Assembly: GCF_006345805.1 (NCBI RefSeq)
Contig: NC_042997.1
Span: forward strand, 160,642,001-160,706,000
Direction: 5' to 3'
Source: Octopus sinensis
Lineage: Eukaryota
DNA length: 64,000 bases
Part shown: positions 11,394 to 25,240 of the stretch, one piece after another
Position numbering within the stretch: position 1 is the first letter of the stretch
Layout: each line of letters starts with the position of its first letter
The notes under the pieces: model-generated
What the model was told of the DNA's origin: nothing
Database searches by the model: none
Seen by the model: only the letters and a program-made list of their open reading frames with translations
Made by a program: the position numbers and the translations under genes

Positions 11394-12149
11394 GATATAT
11401 CCCTTATGTTCCACAGAAGGTTCTACACTCTTTGGAATTGTCACTTAAGTAGTAATGGGGCATTTAGGTTCAGAAGGTCAAAAAAAAACCTTCTATAGTG
11501 ACTATTGTAGACACGGGAAGTAACTCTTTGCGAAGTAACGGTCGGAAAGTGATTGTCTCCCTTACACCAGAAGGCGCGTGTGTGTTGCCTCATTCAAAAG
11601 AATAACACGTATGCATGTGTATTTATGTATGTACGTGTATATGGCTGATAATGGCTGGACGTATGTATTTGTGTGTGTGTGTGACTGATCCTACCCATTT
11701 AAAAGATACATGACAACACGTCTCTCTCCTCCCAGTCAATCACTCAGACACTCACTAAAAAAGATGCGAAGAATACTAAATAAATAAAAAATTACGCTAT
11801 TTCACCCTCCCTCTCTGTCTCACACACAGTGGCACTTTCTTTCTCTCTCTTTCTCTCTCTCTTTCCCTCTCCCTCTCTCTCACACATGCAACACACACTT
11901 TCTGTCTGGCACCCCCCATCAACACCTGCACATGTCCCTATCAATTTTCTCTCTCTGTCACTTCACCCTGACATCAAACATACATTTCCACCCACAAAAG
12001 TAAATAAATAAATAAAAAATTACGGATTTTACCGAACGCTTTACCTTAAAGGTCGGATCAGATGGTTAGCTTGACATTTTTGCGAGTCATATAGAAATAT
12101 CGCCCAACTTCGTCCTCAGAAACATCTACACACATACAAACACTGGCGG

Positions 12150-12500
12150 ACATCTTCTTAGACGCAACAAGTCATACTGGAAAAACATTCTTCCTGAATC
12201 TTCTTGCGAAGTTGCGGCATAATGGTGACCTTATTATTGCTGTTGCCTCCTCATGAATATCCTCGACTCTTCTTGACGGCAGACGAACAGTACACTCTGC
12301 TTTCAAATTGCCTTTCAATATAGCACATCAAGAAAACCCAAAGTGCCGCATAACGCATTCCTCGGACTCTAAATCAAATCGCCAGTGCTATTAGCGTATT
12401 CCATGAAACAGTTGAGAATATTCGGCACAATGAACTTGCGATGACGAAGATTTCTACTCCATCAACTTGGTACGACGGAATTCTCTACCTGATCAAGGCG
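12150..12500 (+). mobile_element. Helitron PIF1-type helicase fragment (decayed)
   Basis: LDATSHTGKTFFLNLL...IIAVASS*ISSTLLDGRRTVHSAFKLP matches the LDAPGGTGKT / AVASSGIAATLL..GRTAHS.FK motifs. Confidence 0.85.
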
Positions 12501-12519
12501 CCGCTGTGGGATCACATCA

Positions 12520-13197
12520 CGGGAAAATCTGACTGTCTTTGATGCAGATCCATCAAGTTTCCTTGAATGTTTCGTAACCTAGGATGAGTGGTGGGTCCAT
12601 CACTTTGAAACAGACATAAAAAGACAAGACATGCAGTGGAAACGCCCTTCCTTATCTGCTCCAAAGAAGGCCAAATCCGTTTCATCTGCAAGAAGGTTGT
12701 GATTTTAGCTGTTTGGTGTTCAATAGGCATTTTGCTTATTAACCATCTTCACAGGGACCACATTTTAAATGGAGAATATTATGCCAAGTTGCTGAGGCAG
12801 TTACAAAAGGCTATCAACTCCAAACGCCCAGGAAAACTGATAAAGGAGGTCTTGTTTCACCTGTCCTTATAATCAATGACTGCTGTACGTAACTGGCTTT
12901 GAATTGGTTGATCACTGGCCCTGATTTCCTGATTTGTTCTCATTTGACTATCATCTCAAAATGATACAAACATTTGGTTGGGATCCAGTTTCGCAGTGAT
13001 GACATTATATCTGCTGTTGATAACATTTTTTGACCAACAGGACCAAAGCTTCTTCACTAATGGGATTCTAGGACTTCAACCTTAACGAAAGACATGTGTG
13101 AACCACAACGGGAGCTATGTTAAAAAATAAAATTCATTTGGTCACATTCCATGAGAGTATCTTGTCTAGACTGTGAACTTTTAGGCCAACCCTCATA
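12520..13197 (+). mobile_element. mariner transposase 3' half with terminal inverted-repeat end
   Basis: FVT*DEWWVHHFE..KRQDMQWK, APKKAK, NGEYYAKLLRQLQKAINSKRPGKL; ends ...CCAACCCTCATA, a mariner-like TIR terminus. Confidence 0.85.
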
Positions 13198-13605
13198 CCT
13201 CAAGACTTACAAATTATATTTTGCTGTTCTATTCAATCTACAGATGAAATATCTTCGCTATAATTGAGAATTATTGTAAGCTAAAGTTTCATTAAATTTC
13301 CCAAGTATTTCTCCACAATCTTCGGAGATATTCTGTAACAACATATAACAAGGCACCAATACTCAGCTGTATTTATCAAATATTTCATTTCACATATCAT
13401 GATACACAGAAAGCGGGAACGAGAGTGTGGGAGAAGAGTAGTGAGAGAGGGAGTCATTTAGTAATCGGTGCGTGCTTGCAGTTAAATTAAGTTATGCCTC
13501 TTAAAGTTAAAAAAAAAAAAAAAAAAATAGAATCAATTCCCTTCGTAAGCGTAATAGAAACAACGTTTACTAGTCTTTCACCCACTCCCTTATATGTTAA
13601 TAAAT

Positions 13606-13952
13606 TTATATATAATTGTTGAGAACCAGATCAGAAAATAGGCCACATACTGGGGTACATAATAACGATGTAAATGCCGCGTTAGCATTTACGTATTTTG
13701 GAGCTTTTCCTGCATTGCACATATTGTCAATAGTTTGCTTGCTATTGTCTGTATCCTGTCTTGCAAATTCTATTTTACTAAATTGAACATATTGCTTATT
13801 ACCAAAAAAGATTTTGTTGGTAGAATTCGTGTTTCTTTTCTTCTGCGTTTTCGAGAACAGCTCGTACGGCTTAGCATGGTTATGTGAATCGCAGGCATGG
13901 TTGTGTGCATAAGGAGTTTTCTTGATAACTTTCTTGCTTCGAGTTCCATTTG
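13606..13952 (-). CDS. Candidate terminal coding exon of an unknown gene
   Basis: 122 stop-free codons (13609-13974) in non-repetitive DNA, TTTTGCACAG acceptor ending at 13953, weakly hydrophobic C-terminus. No family recognised. Confidence 0.2.
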
Positions 13953-14268
13953 CTGTGCAAAAATTTGGACTTCTTTACTGTTGTTTCATACCAACCAACA
14001 CGTGTGAGGGAATTGTTAAACAGGAACTTTATGAATTCTCATGGTATGTATGTATGTATGTATGTATGTATGTACGTATGTATGTATGTATGTATGTATG
14101 GATGGATGGATGGATGGATGGATGGATGGATGTGTGGATGTATGTATGTATTTCATTAACCACATAGATGTGCAGAGGGCAGCGAATTTTCATAATACAA
14201 TTTTCTAAAAATTCCTCCAAAATAAGTTATACATACATACATACGTACATACACACACACACACACAC

Positions 14269-14299
<31 letters not shown>

Positions 14300-14302
14300 C
14301 AC

Positions 14303-14360
<58 letters not shown>

Positions 14361-14364
14361 GTGT

Positions 14365-14403
<39 letters not shown>

Positions 14404-14774
14404 CGAGAAGTCAAAAAATTATCTGCACTTTCGTCATAACATATCTATTCAACAACTTAAATATATGTGCCGATCTTTTAGGATAGGGTTACCTACAGTT
14501 GATTTATCCCCCTGAAAGATCGGGGCTTGAGGAGACAACGGGACAGTGCGACAGTACAATATATAAGTTTAAATATAGGAATAATTGCGAGTGTTTAACA
14601 AATGTTCGGATCGGCTGGTCCTTTCATGCATGTATTATGTCTGTCCATATACTACGCTTTTCTTGTGGACGGCCACACCACAACACATGCAGAAAGCCGA
14701 AGCATATTACTCTACCGACCTCAAGGTTTCCTCAATGTACACAACTGCCAGTCAGTAACAACAGACAACAACAA

Positions 14775-15460
14775 ATGCTCCAATTACATCAGATACAGAG
14801 AAGACAACAAACCAAAAAGTAATAAGTGCAGAATTTGTGGAAAAAATGGTGAAACCCTATGGCATATTATCAGTCAATGTACGCCATTGGCCAAGAAGGT
14901 ATATGAGGCGTCATGACAATATTGCAAGGTTTGTCCATTGGACACTTTGCAACAAGTATGGACTGACAGAGCGAAATAGTGGTACGACCATAAACCCGAA
15001 GACATCATCGAAAATGATAATGCAGAGATCCGATGGGATTTTATGATTCAATGTGACCATGAGATAAAGAATAGGAAGCCAGATATAATCCTAATTAAGA
15101 AAGAAAGCAAATGATGCAGGATTATAGATATATCATGCCCAGCTGACAACAAAATATGTGATAAGAAAGAAAGAAAGTCGATAGATATAACAGGTTAGCT
15201 TGGGAGGTTAAGCAGCTGTAGTCAATGAAAAAGGTAGTAGTACCAATAATTGTCGGAGACCTGGAAAAAAACTTTTGAGAAATAGATGGAACAAATAGGG
15301 GCTACAATAGAGGTAGGACACTTGCAGAAAACAGCACTGCTGAGAACCGCTCAAATACTCCGGATGGTGCTCGAAAAATAAGGAGTGTACCTTAGTTCAC
15401 TGGTAGAGAACAGCTGACACAGTAGAAGCTATGCAAATGCAATAATACAGCGTTAGAAGC
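14775..15460 (+). mobile_element. R4/Dong 3' fragment, same family as 6000-7820
   Basis: CRICGKNGETLWHIISQC, RRHDNIARFVHW, KTALLRTAQIL, shared 3' UTR CCTTAGTTCA; (AAT)n tail 15470-15858. Confidence 0.9.
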
Positions 15461-15487
15461 TTTCCAATGACAAATAATATAATAATA

Positions 15488-15583
<96 letters not shown>

Positions 15584-15615
15584 CATAATATAGTAATAAT
15601 AGTAATAATAATAGT

Positions 15616-15647
<32 letters not shown>

Positions 15648-15691
15648 GTAATAATTAATAATATAATAATAATAATAGTAATAATAATAGT

Positions 15692-15738
<47 letters not shown>

Positions 15739-15754
15739 GTAATAATAATAGTAT

Positions 15755-15791
<37 letters not shown>

Positions 15792-15859
15792 GTAGTAGTA
15801 GTAGTAGTAATAATAATAATAAATAATAATAATATAATAATAAATAATAATAATATAAC

Positions 15860-18800
15860 ACCGGGGACGTTTAAGATGTAAGAAGGAAAATACAGAGCTC
15901 CGAAATCTATCCACAAACATCGAAAACAATGACATCCTATGGAGCCAAAGATTTACTACAACAAAGAATTGGACTGTATCCGAGTAAGTAATACTAATTG
16001 AAATTTATTTATATTTTCGAAACGAAATGATGTATTTTGACTCGATATTATCTCCACCTCTAACGCAACACATATAAACATGCGTGGAACATCACGATCA
16101 TCCCCACCTCAAACACCATGTACAAAGGAACTACGAAGAAATTAAATGCCACCGATACTATTCAACCCAAGAATAACAATCGAGCGGTACGTACATTAAA
16201 CCTACAACAAAAAATGTACGAAAAACTACACGTGCGAAATAATGTGACAACAGAAATAAACGGACCGGTACCCTACGAAAATGACGACCGTCAAAATAAT
16301 GGGCCGGACGTTGTACCTCATGTCCCGCAAATAAAACCCAAAAGACGTAAATGGACACGTGAGGAATACATTTCTATCTTACACGCATACTTCACAGCAG
16401 TACTCTACCCCAAAAATGAAAATACAACAACACATACATATAAAATATGGAAGGAAAATAATAGAGATATAGACTTGGATACAGCAATGAACCCTAATAA
16501 ATTAGCTAACGTACGAAGATACATGCTCAAAGCCAAAAAATATCAGAAATAGAAATAGAACATTTAAAAGAAAAAATACACCAGGAAAATGTAGATAGAA
16601 GCCACACAACAATGCCCAATAATATAAACACTGAAACTGTAAAACACGAAGACAAACGCAACATTCCCAACAAACACGATGTAAACAACGAAGGGGAGCC
16701 TAATGATTATGATAATATAAAAAATAAAATAATCAAAGAACTGAAAACCACAGAGCCCAAAATGGACCACCGACCATACCTCCCAAGAATAAAAATAAAC
16801 GAAATAACAACACCAATTATAAACAGCATAAACCTAGCCGTCACTGAACTAGCCACTGAAACAAAAAAAAGTGATATCACTGAACTAAATGACTTGATAT
16901 ACGCAGCAGCCACTGCAGCCACAAAATAAGCTGGATACTCACCCAAACCCGCCCAAACAGGAGTACCACCACCCAAACAAACCCTGTGGATAAATAATAT
17001 CCCCCAAAAAATTAAAAAAATTAGAAAAGACCTGTCGATTCTTAATGAAATCAGCAAACAATCAACGCTACTGAGCAACAAAAAGAGAACAAAAATGCTC
17101 CGCAAATATAACATCACAGAAAAAGATTTGCCGGAGATAAAAGAAAAGCTGAAGCAAGATATCCTTGCCAAAGCTCAAAGGATCCGCCGGTACTAGAAAC
17201 GCCAACACTTCTTTGAACAAAATAAAAAGTTCAACTCCAACCCCAAAAAGTTCTACCAAGAAATGGGCAAAAATAAAATAGAAGTCACTGCAGCACCAAC
17301 GGCAGAAGAATTGGAAAAATTCTGGAGAGAAATATGGTCGGCGAACGAACAACCAAAAGAAAGGATTATCAAAATAACAAACTCGGCATCTGAACAACTT
17401 TGGACCCCATAACAACTGAAGAGGTCACCCAGGCACTGCAAAGACTAAGCAACTGGAAGGCACCTGGGCATGACAAGATCCCCAACTTCTGGTTGAAATA
17501 TCTAACAGGAATGCACAAAAAGCTGACTGAAAACTTTAACAGCATACTAGCAGAGCCAGAGACAATGCCTGAATGGTTCACGAAGGGGAAAACAATCTTA
17601 ATTCCTAAATCAAATGAAACAGCAAACCCAGAAAACTAAAGACCAATAACCTGCCTCCCTACTATGTTCAAGGCATTTACTGCAGTGATATCACAAAGGC
17701 TGAACAAGCACCTGGACGAAAACAAACTGTTCCCAGAAGAGCAGAAAGGATGCCGCAAAGGCTCATATGGCTGTAAAGATCAACTAATGATTAATAAAGC
17801 CGTAACTGAAGACAGCCACAGAAAGAAGAAAGGCCTCAGTATGGCCTGGATTGACTACAAAAGGCGTTTGATAGCATCCCCCACACATGGATCCTCGAAA
17901 CACTAGCCATTAACAAAGTAGCACCAACAATCATAAAATTCATAGAGCACTCTATGAATAAATGGCAAACAGTCCTACACCTCCAAACAAAAGAGGGACT
18001 CATGAAAACCAAAGACATCCCCATTAGAAGAGGAATATTCCAGGGAGACATGCTCTCTCCACTCCTTTTCTGCTTGGCACTGTCACCTCTATCTGATATG
18101 CTAAATAGAACGGGATGCCGATATAAATGTTACGGCAAAACGATCAGCCACCTTTTATATATGGATGACCTAAAACTATACGCTGCAAATGACAAACAGC
18201 TGGAAACACTATTAAAGACAGTTCATGGATTTACCAAAGAAATAGATATGAAATTTGGATTAGAAAAATGCGCCAAAGTAACCATGAAAAGAGGAAAACT
18301 AGTTAAGAGCAACAACATCACACTAGATAAAACCAATGAAATAAAAGAATTAGACCAAAGCCAAACTTACAAATACTTAGGATCCATGAACTAGATAAGA
18401 CACAACACACACAAATGAAAGAGAAAATAAAAAAAAGAATATTATAGACGAGTTAGATCAATACTAAAAACAGAGCTCAATGCTAAAAACAAGATAATAG
18501 GTATCAACACTTTAGCTGTCCCAGTTATAAGTTACAGCTACAATATCCTTAACTGGACACGAAATGAACTGTCCAAAATAGATAGGAAAACAAGAAAAAT
18601 ACTGACAGGATCTAGGATGCATCACCCAAAATCTGACATAGAAAGACTATATATACAACGTATAGAAGGTGGTAGAGGCCTTATACAGCTGGAAAACTAC
18701 TATAAAATAACCACCATAGGACTGCAAAAATACCTACTTCAGAAGGAAGAAAACTGATCCAGATAGCGGCAAAACACGAGCAAAACAAAAAACTGTTCTC

Positions 18801-19800
18801 AGTATTTAAGGAAGCTGACAAATACAAACAAGAAATCATACACCTAATAAACAAGAAGAAGAAGAAGATGAAGAAACAACAAAAGCTATAAAACAAATCC
18901 AAACTAAAAATAGAACAGCAACGAACCATGATAAAACGATGGCAAGAAAAGCCCCTTCATGGTAAATACTGCACTAAACTAAACGCAAAAGAAATAGACA
19001 AAGAAAAATCCCAGCAATGGTTGAGAAGCTCAGGACTCAAAGCAGAAACAGAGGGATTTTTAATTGCAGCAGAAGACCAAAGTCTCCCCACCAGAAATTA
19101 CCAAAAACATGTAATGAAAAGAAATATTACAAGTAACTGCAGAATATGTGGAGATGGACAAGAAACAATAAATCATATTATCTCTAGCTGCCCAGACCTG
19201 GCTAAGAAGGAATATATTCACAGACATGACAGAGTTGGAACCTACATACATTGGAAGCTATGCCAACATTATGGAATAACAACAGAAAAAAGATGGTATT
19301 GGCACACACAGAAAAGGTCACAGAAAACGAGAAAGCAACCATACTCTGGGATATGCCGATACACACAGATAGAGAAATTAAGGCCAACAGACCAGCTATA
19401 GTTATCAGAGACCATGAAGAAAAAAAACTTTCTAATTGATGTATCAATACCGGCTGATGAACAGTGTCTCTAAAAGAAATGGAGAAACTCTCAAAATACA
19501 AAGACCTGGAAATAGAGGTAACTAGAATGTGGAATCTGAAAACAGAAACAATCCTTATCATAGTAGGTGCATTAGGCATGATAAAAAAATATTCAGACAA
19601 ATACATAACAAAAACACCAGGACTTGCAAACACATATAACATACAGAAAATTGCACTACTAGGCACTGCACACATCCTACGCAGAACACTTTCCATACAA
19701 TAACCATCAGAGCATCACAACAAATCACAGCACATACCCAAGGCACATAGAGCTGCGCTCGGTAGTGAAGTGAAAGCATGCTATAAAAATAAAACTACTG
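15860..19800 (+). mobile_element. Apparently full-length but frameshifted R4/Dong-clade LINE (copy 1)
   Basis: N-terminal RRKWTREEY, RT (QGDMLSP, YMDDLKLY), CRICGDGQETINHIISSC knuckle, RHDR, RP(A/D)..D REL motif, 3' UTR ending AAAACTACTG + (AAT)n. Several stops and frameshifts. Confidence 0.95.
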
Positions 19801-20164
19801 AATAATAATAATAATAATAATAACTGACTGGACCCGTGAAAACTTCACGGAAAATATAAAAAATGTAAGTACCTGTAAATTGTGTGCAGTTGCCTTGAGA
19901 AATGTTTCTATTTTGAGACACTTAGAGAATATAGAAAGAAGTGTAAAATCGATACCGATATAATCCAACCAAAATATCTCAGTTACGCAAACGTAAACAT
20001 TATTGCTATTTAGTCTTAAAATACATTATACATATTCAAAGAACCCCCTGGTTTCGTGGTGCGGAACGTCCTTCTCGTATCGTATTCTTTTGTTCTTTTA
20101 CTTGTGTCAATCATTAGACTGCAGCCATGCTGGAGCACTGCCCTGAAGTCGAAGAAATCAAACC

Positions 20165-20185
20165 CTAATTATTATAATAATAATA

Positions 20186-20232
<47 letters not shown>

Positions 20233-20309
20233 TAATAATAATAATGATAATAATAATGATAATAATAATGATAATAAAATGATAATAATAATGATAATAA
20301 TAATGATAA

Positions 20310-20346
<37 letters not shown>

Positions 20347-20368
20347 TAATAATAATAATAATATAATG

Positions 20369-20402
<34 letters not shown>

Positions 20403-20430
20403 TAATAATAATAATAATATAATAATAATA

Positions 20431-20461
<31 letters not shown>

Positions 20462-20699
20462 TAGTAATAGTAATAGTAATAGTAATAGAATACTGATAGT
20501 AATAGTAATAGTAATAGTAATAGTAATAGTAATACTGATAGTATAGTAATAGTAATAGTGATACTGATAATAATGATAATGATAATAATGATAATGATAA
20601 TAATGATAATGATAATAATGATAATGATAATAATGATAATGATAATAATGATAATAATAATAATAATAATAATAATAATATAATAATAATAATATAATA

Positions 20700-20753
<54 letters not shown>

Positions 20754-20775
20754 TGATGATGATGATGATGATATG

Positions 20776-20812
<37 letters not shown>
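20165..20812. repeat. ~650-bp compound (AAT)/(AGT)/(GAT)n microsatellite
   Basis: Directly visible. Confidence 0.95.
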
Positions 20813-20819
20813 TAAAACA

Positions 20820-21378
20820 TGCCCTGATGCAGTACCAGGCAGTGGCTCTCATGGCTTCTGATCTTAACTGATTGGAGGTGTTATCATGTACATTGTTTTG
20901 TCATGGTATAAAAGATGGGCTACAGCAAATATTCTGTTCAATACCACAGATTTGCTTGTCAGTTGTTTGACCTTAACCAGTTGAGCATGTCCTTAGTGGC
21001 CGACGATATGCGCATCTCTGATCACGAGCAGAAGTAGTGGGGGAGCATCATAGCCATGTGTTGAGAGGGATTCTTTGGGGTTTGAATAATTCACCTCTGG
21101 AAACATGAGTGGTTCTTTCAACATCCTTAAACAACCCTTATTCAGGGACCTTTTGAGCGGGATGGGCTACTCAATCTGAAGAAAATTCTAACTGGGCCCC
21201 ACCTGCAAGGTCATGTGCTGTTTATCTTGATATGAGATCACCATGTCGCGCACATATGGTTGTGATGCATGTGCCTGGTGTACCCCTATCAGACGGGTAG
21301 TCATGATGGGTATATTGGGCTTCGTATATTTTACCCCAGTGTCACTTTGATGGCATGCACTGCTCTCTCACTCAATAA
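20820..21378 (+). mobile_element. Non-coding retroposon (family X) with (AAT)n tail
   Basis: Homologous antisense copy at 40330-40936 and 3'-end copy at ~55143-55205 (CAGTGTCACTTTGATGGCATGCACTGCTCTCTCACTC + (AAT)n). Confidence 0.75.
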
Positions 21379-21387
21379 TAATAATAA

Positions 21388-21782
21388 ACAGAAAATAGAA
21401 ATCAGCAAAATGTGGAACCTGAGGACTAAAACAATACCTGTTGTCATAGGTGCCTTGGGAATGTTAGCAAAAGGGGCTGTTTGCTACTTAACTCAGATAC
21501 CAGGAAACCCCGAAATGGCAGAAATTCAAAAGATAGTTCTCGTGGGAAATGCTCATATCCTACGCAAAATACTTTTTATATCATCTCAAGTTTTAAAACA
21601 AACGTAATTTTGGTATGTTTTTTTCCTATTTTTTTAGACATTCGCTAGTACAACACTAAATACAAAACCAAATATATGGCACACTTGGCATAACAACAAC
21701 ATGAACTTCCAACCTGTTGTCTCTTGAGGTCTCTGGGTGAGACTTGGAGCCAACTTGTACAAATATAAAGCAAAAGTCAAAC

Positions 21783-21783
<1 letters not shown>
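21388..21783 (+). mobile_element. Short 5'-truncated R4-clade 3' fragment
   Basis: KIEISKMWNLRTKTIPVVIGALG...GNAHILRK plus 3' UTR; same family as 24668-25240. Confidence 0.9.
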
Positions 21784-21876
<93 letters not shown>

Positions 21877-21892
21877 TAATAATAATAATAAT

Positions 21893-24482
21893 GAAGAAAA
21901 CAAAAAGTTTAACTCCAACCCCAAAAAGTTCTACCAAGAAATGGGCAAAAATAAAATAGAAGTCACTGCAGCACCAACGGCAGAAGAATTGGAAAAATTC
22001 TGGAGAGAAATATGGTCGGCGAACGAACAACCAAAAGAAAGGATTATCAAAATAACAAACTCGGCATCTGAACAACTTTGGACCCCATAACAACTGAAGA
22101 GGTCACCCAGGCACTGCAAAGACTAAGCAACTGGAAGGCACCTGGGCATGACAAGATCCCCAACTTCTGGTTGAAATATCTAACAGGAATGCACAAAAAG
22201 CTGACTGAAAACTTTAACAGCATACTAGCAGAGCCAGAGACAATGCCTGAATGGTTCACGAAGGGGAAAACAATCTTAATTCCTAAATCAAATGAAACAG
22301 CAAAACCAGAAAACTAAAGACCAATAACCTGCCTCCCTACTATGTTCAAGGCATTTACTGCAGTGATATCACAAAGGCTGAACAAGCACCTGGACGAAAA
22401 CAAACTGTTCCCAGAAGAGCAGAAAGGATGCCGCAAAGGCTCATATGGCTGTAAAGATCAACTAATGATTAATAAAGCCGTAACTGAAGACAGCCACAGA
22501 AAGAAGAAAGGCCTCAGTATGGCCTGGATTGACTACAAAAAGGCGTTTGATAGAATCCTCCACACATGGATCCTCGAAACACTAGCCATTAACAAAGTAG
22601 CACCAACAATCATAAAATTCATAGAGCACTCTATGAATAAATGGCAAACAGTCCTACACCTCCAAACAAAAGAGGGACTCATGAAAACCAAAGACATCCC
22701 CATTAGAAGAGGAATATTCCAGGGAGACATGCTCTCTCCACTCCTTTTCTGCTTGGCACTGTCACCTCTATCTGATATGCTAAATAGAACTGGATGCCGA
22801 TATAAATGTTACGGCAAAACGATCAGCCACCTTTTATATATGGATGACCTAAAACTATACGCTGCAAATGACAAACAGCTGGAAACACTATTAAAGACAG
22901 TTCATGGATTTACCAAAGAAATAGATATGAAATTTGGATTAGAAAAATGCGCCAAAGTAACCATGAAAAGAGGAAAACTAGTTAAGAGCAACAACATCAC
23001 ACTAGATAAAACCAATGAAATAAAAGAATTAGACCAAAGCCAAACTTACAAATACTTAGGAATCCATGAACTAGATAAGACACAACACACACAAATGAAA
23101 GAGAAAATAAAAAAAGAATATTATAGACGAGATAGATCAATACTAAACACAGAGCTCAATGCTAAAAACAAGATAATAGGTATCAACACTTTAGCTGTCC
23201 CAGTTATAAGTTACAGCTACAATATCCTTATCTGGACACGAAATGAACTGACCAAAATAGATAGGAAAACAAGAAAAATAATGACAGGATCTAGGATGCA
23301 TCACCCAAAATCTGACATAGAAAGACTATATATACAACGTATAGAAGGTGGTAGAGGCCTTATACAGCTGGAAAACTACTATAAAATAACCACCATAGGA
23401 CTGCAAAAATATCTACTTCAGAAGGAAGGAAAACTGATCCAGATAGCGGCAAAACACGAGCAAAACAAAAAACTGTTCTCAGTATTTAAGGAAGCTGACA
23501 AATACAAACAAGAAATCATACCACCTAATAAACAAGAAGAAGAAGAAGATGAAGAAACAACAAAAGCTATAAAACAAATCCAAACTAAAAATAGAACAGC
23601 AACGAACCATGTTAAAACGATGGCAAGAAAAGCCCCTTCATGGTAAATACTGCACTAAACTAAACGCAAAAGAAATAGACAAAGAAAAATCCCAGCAATG
23701 GTTGAGAAGCTCAGGACTCAAAGCAGAAACAGAGGGATTTTTAATTGCAGCACAAGACCAAAGCCTCCCCACCAGAAATTACCAAAAACATGTAATGAAA
23801 AGAATATTACAAGTAACTGCAGAATATGTGGAGATGGACAAGAAACAATAAATCATATTATCTCTAGCTGCCCAGTCCTGGCTAAGAAGGAATATATTCA
23901 CAGACATGACAGAGTTGGAACCTACATACATTGGAAGCTATGCCAACATTATGGAATAACAACAGTAAAAAGATGGTATAGGCACACACCAGAAAAGGTC
24001 ACAGAAAACGAGAAAGCAACCATACTCTGGGATATGCCGATACACACAGATAGAGAAATTAAGGCCAACAGACCAGATATAGTTGTCAGAGATCATGAAG
24101 AAAAAAAATGCTTTCTAATTGATGTATCAATACCGGCTGATGACAACGTGTCTCTAAAAGAAATGGAGAAACTCTCAAATACAAAGACCTGGAAATAGAG
24201 GTAACTAGAATGTGGAATCTGAAAACAGAAACAATTCGTATCATAGTAGGTGCATTAGGCATGATAAAAAAATATTCAGACAAATACATAACAAAAACAC
24301 CAGGACTTACAAACACATATAACATACAGAAAATTGCACTACTAGGCACTGCACACATCCTACGCAGAACACTTTCCATACAATAACCATCAGAGCATCA
24401 CAAAAATCACAGCACATACCCAAGGCACACAGAGCTGCGCTCGGTAGTGAAGTGAAAGCACGCTATAAAAATAAAACTACTG
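21893..24482 (+). mobile_element. 5'-truncated R4/Dong LINE (copy 2)
   Basis: 434-aa RT ORF 22342-23646 and REL region; nearly identical to copy 1; (AAT)n on both sides. Confidence 0.95.
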
Positions 24483-24573
<91 letters not shown>

Positions 24574-24594
24574 TAATAATAATAATAAAAATAA

Positions 24595-24648
<54 letters not shown>

Positions 24649-24667
24649 TAATAATAATAATAATAAT

Positions 24668-25240
24668 CTCACTCCTCTGGAACTTCACCCTTCAAACTGA
24701 CAGAAAGATAGATGCAAATACATCAGACATCATATTGAAAGACTTCAGACAAAGAACATGCCTCCTCATTGATATGACTGCCCCAATCGATATAAACGTA
24801 TCTGTCAAGACCTACCAAAAACTGAGAAAATATAAAGATCTTAAAATAGAAATCAGCAAAATGTGGAACCTGAAGACTAAAACAATACCTGTAGTCATAG
24901 GTGCCCTGGGAATGATAGAAATAGGGGCTGATTGCTACCTAACTCAGATACCAGGAAACCCAAAAATGGCAGAAATTCAAAAGATAGTGCTCATGGGAAC
25001 TGCTCATATCCTACGCAAAATACTTTCTATGTAATCTCAAGGTTTAAAACAAACATAATTTTCGTTTTTCTTTTGTTTTTTTTCTTCTTTAGACATTTAG
25101 TAGTACAACACAAAAACCCCCCTAAATATATGGCACACTAGGCATAACAACAACATGAACTTCCAACCTGTTGTCTCTTGAGGTCTCTGGGTGAGACTTG
25201 GAGTCAACTTGTACAAATATAAAGCAAAAGTCAAACATTG
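24668..25240 (+). mobile_element. R4-clade REL endonuclease 3' fragment
   Basis: ORF 24645-25034: LWNF.LQTDRKIDANTSDII..LIDMTAP..KYKDLKIEISKMW; starts right after (AAT)n. Confidence 0.9.

Noticed and set aside
15860-16117. HDV-like ribozyme expected at an R4 5' end
   Set aside because: Could not build the P1/P2/P3 nested pseudoknot by eye; needs an RNAmotif/Infernal search.
16707-17581. Antisense ORFs over LINE copies (and equivalents at 43260-44407)
   Set aside because: Shadow frames of the R4 coding strand, repeated in each copy.
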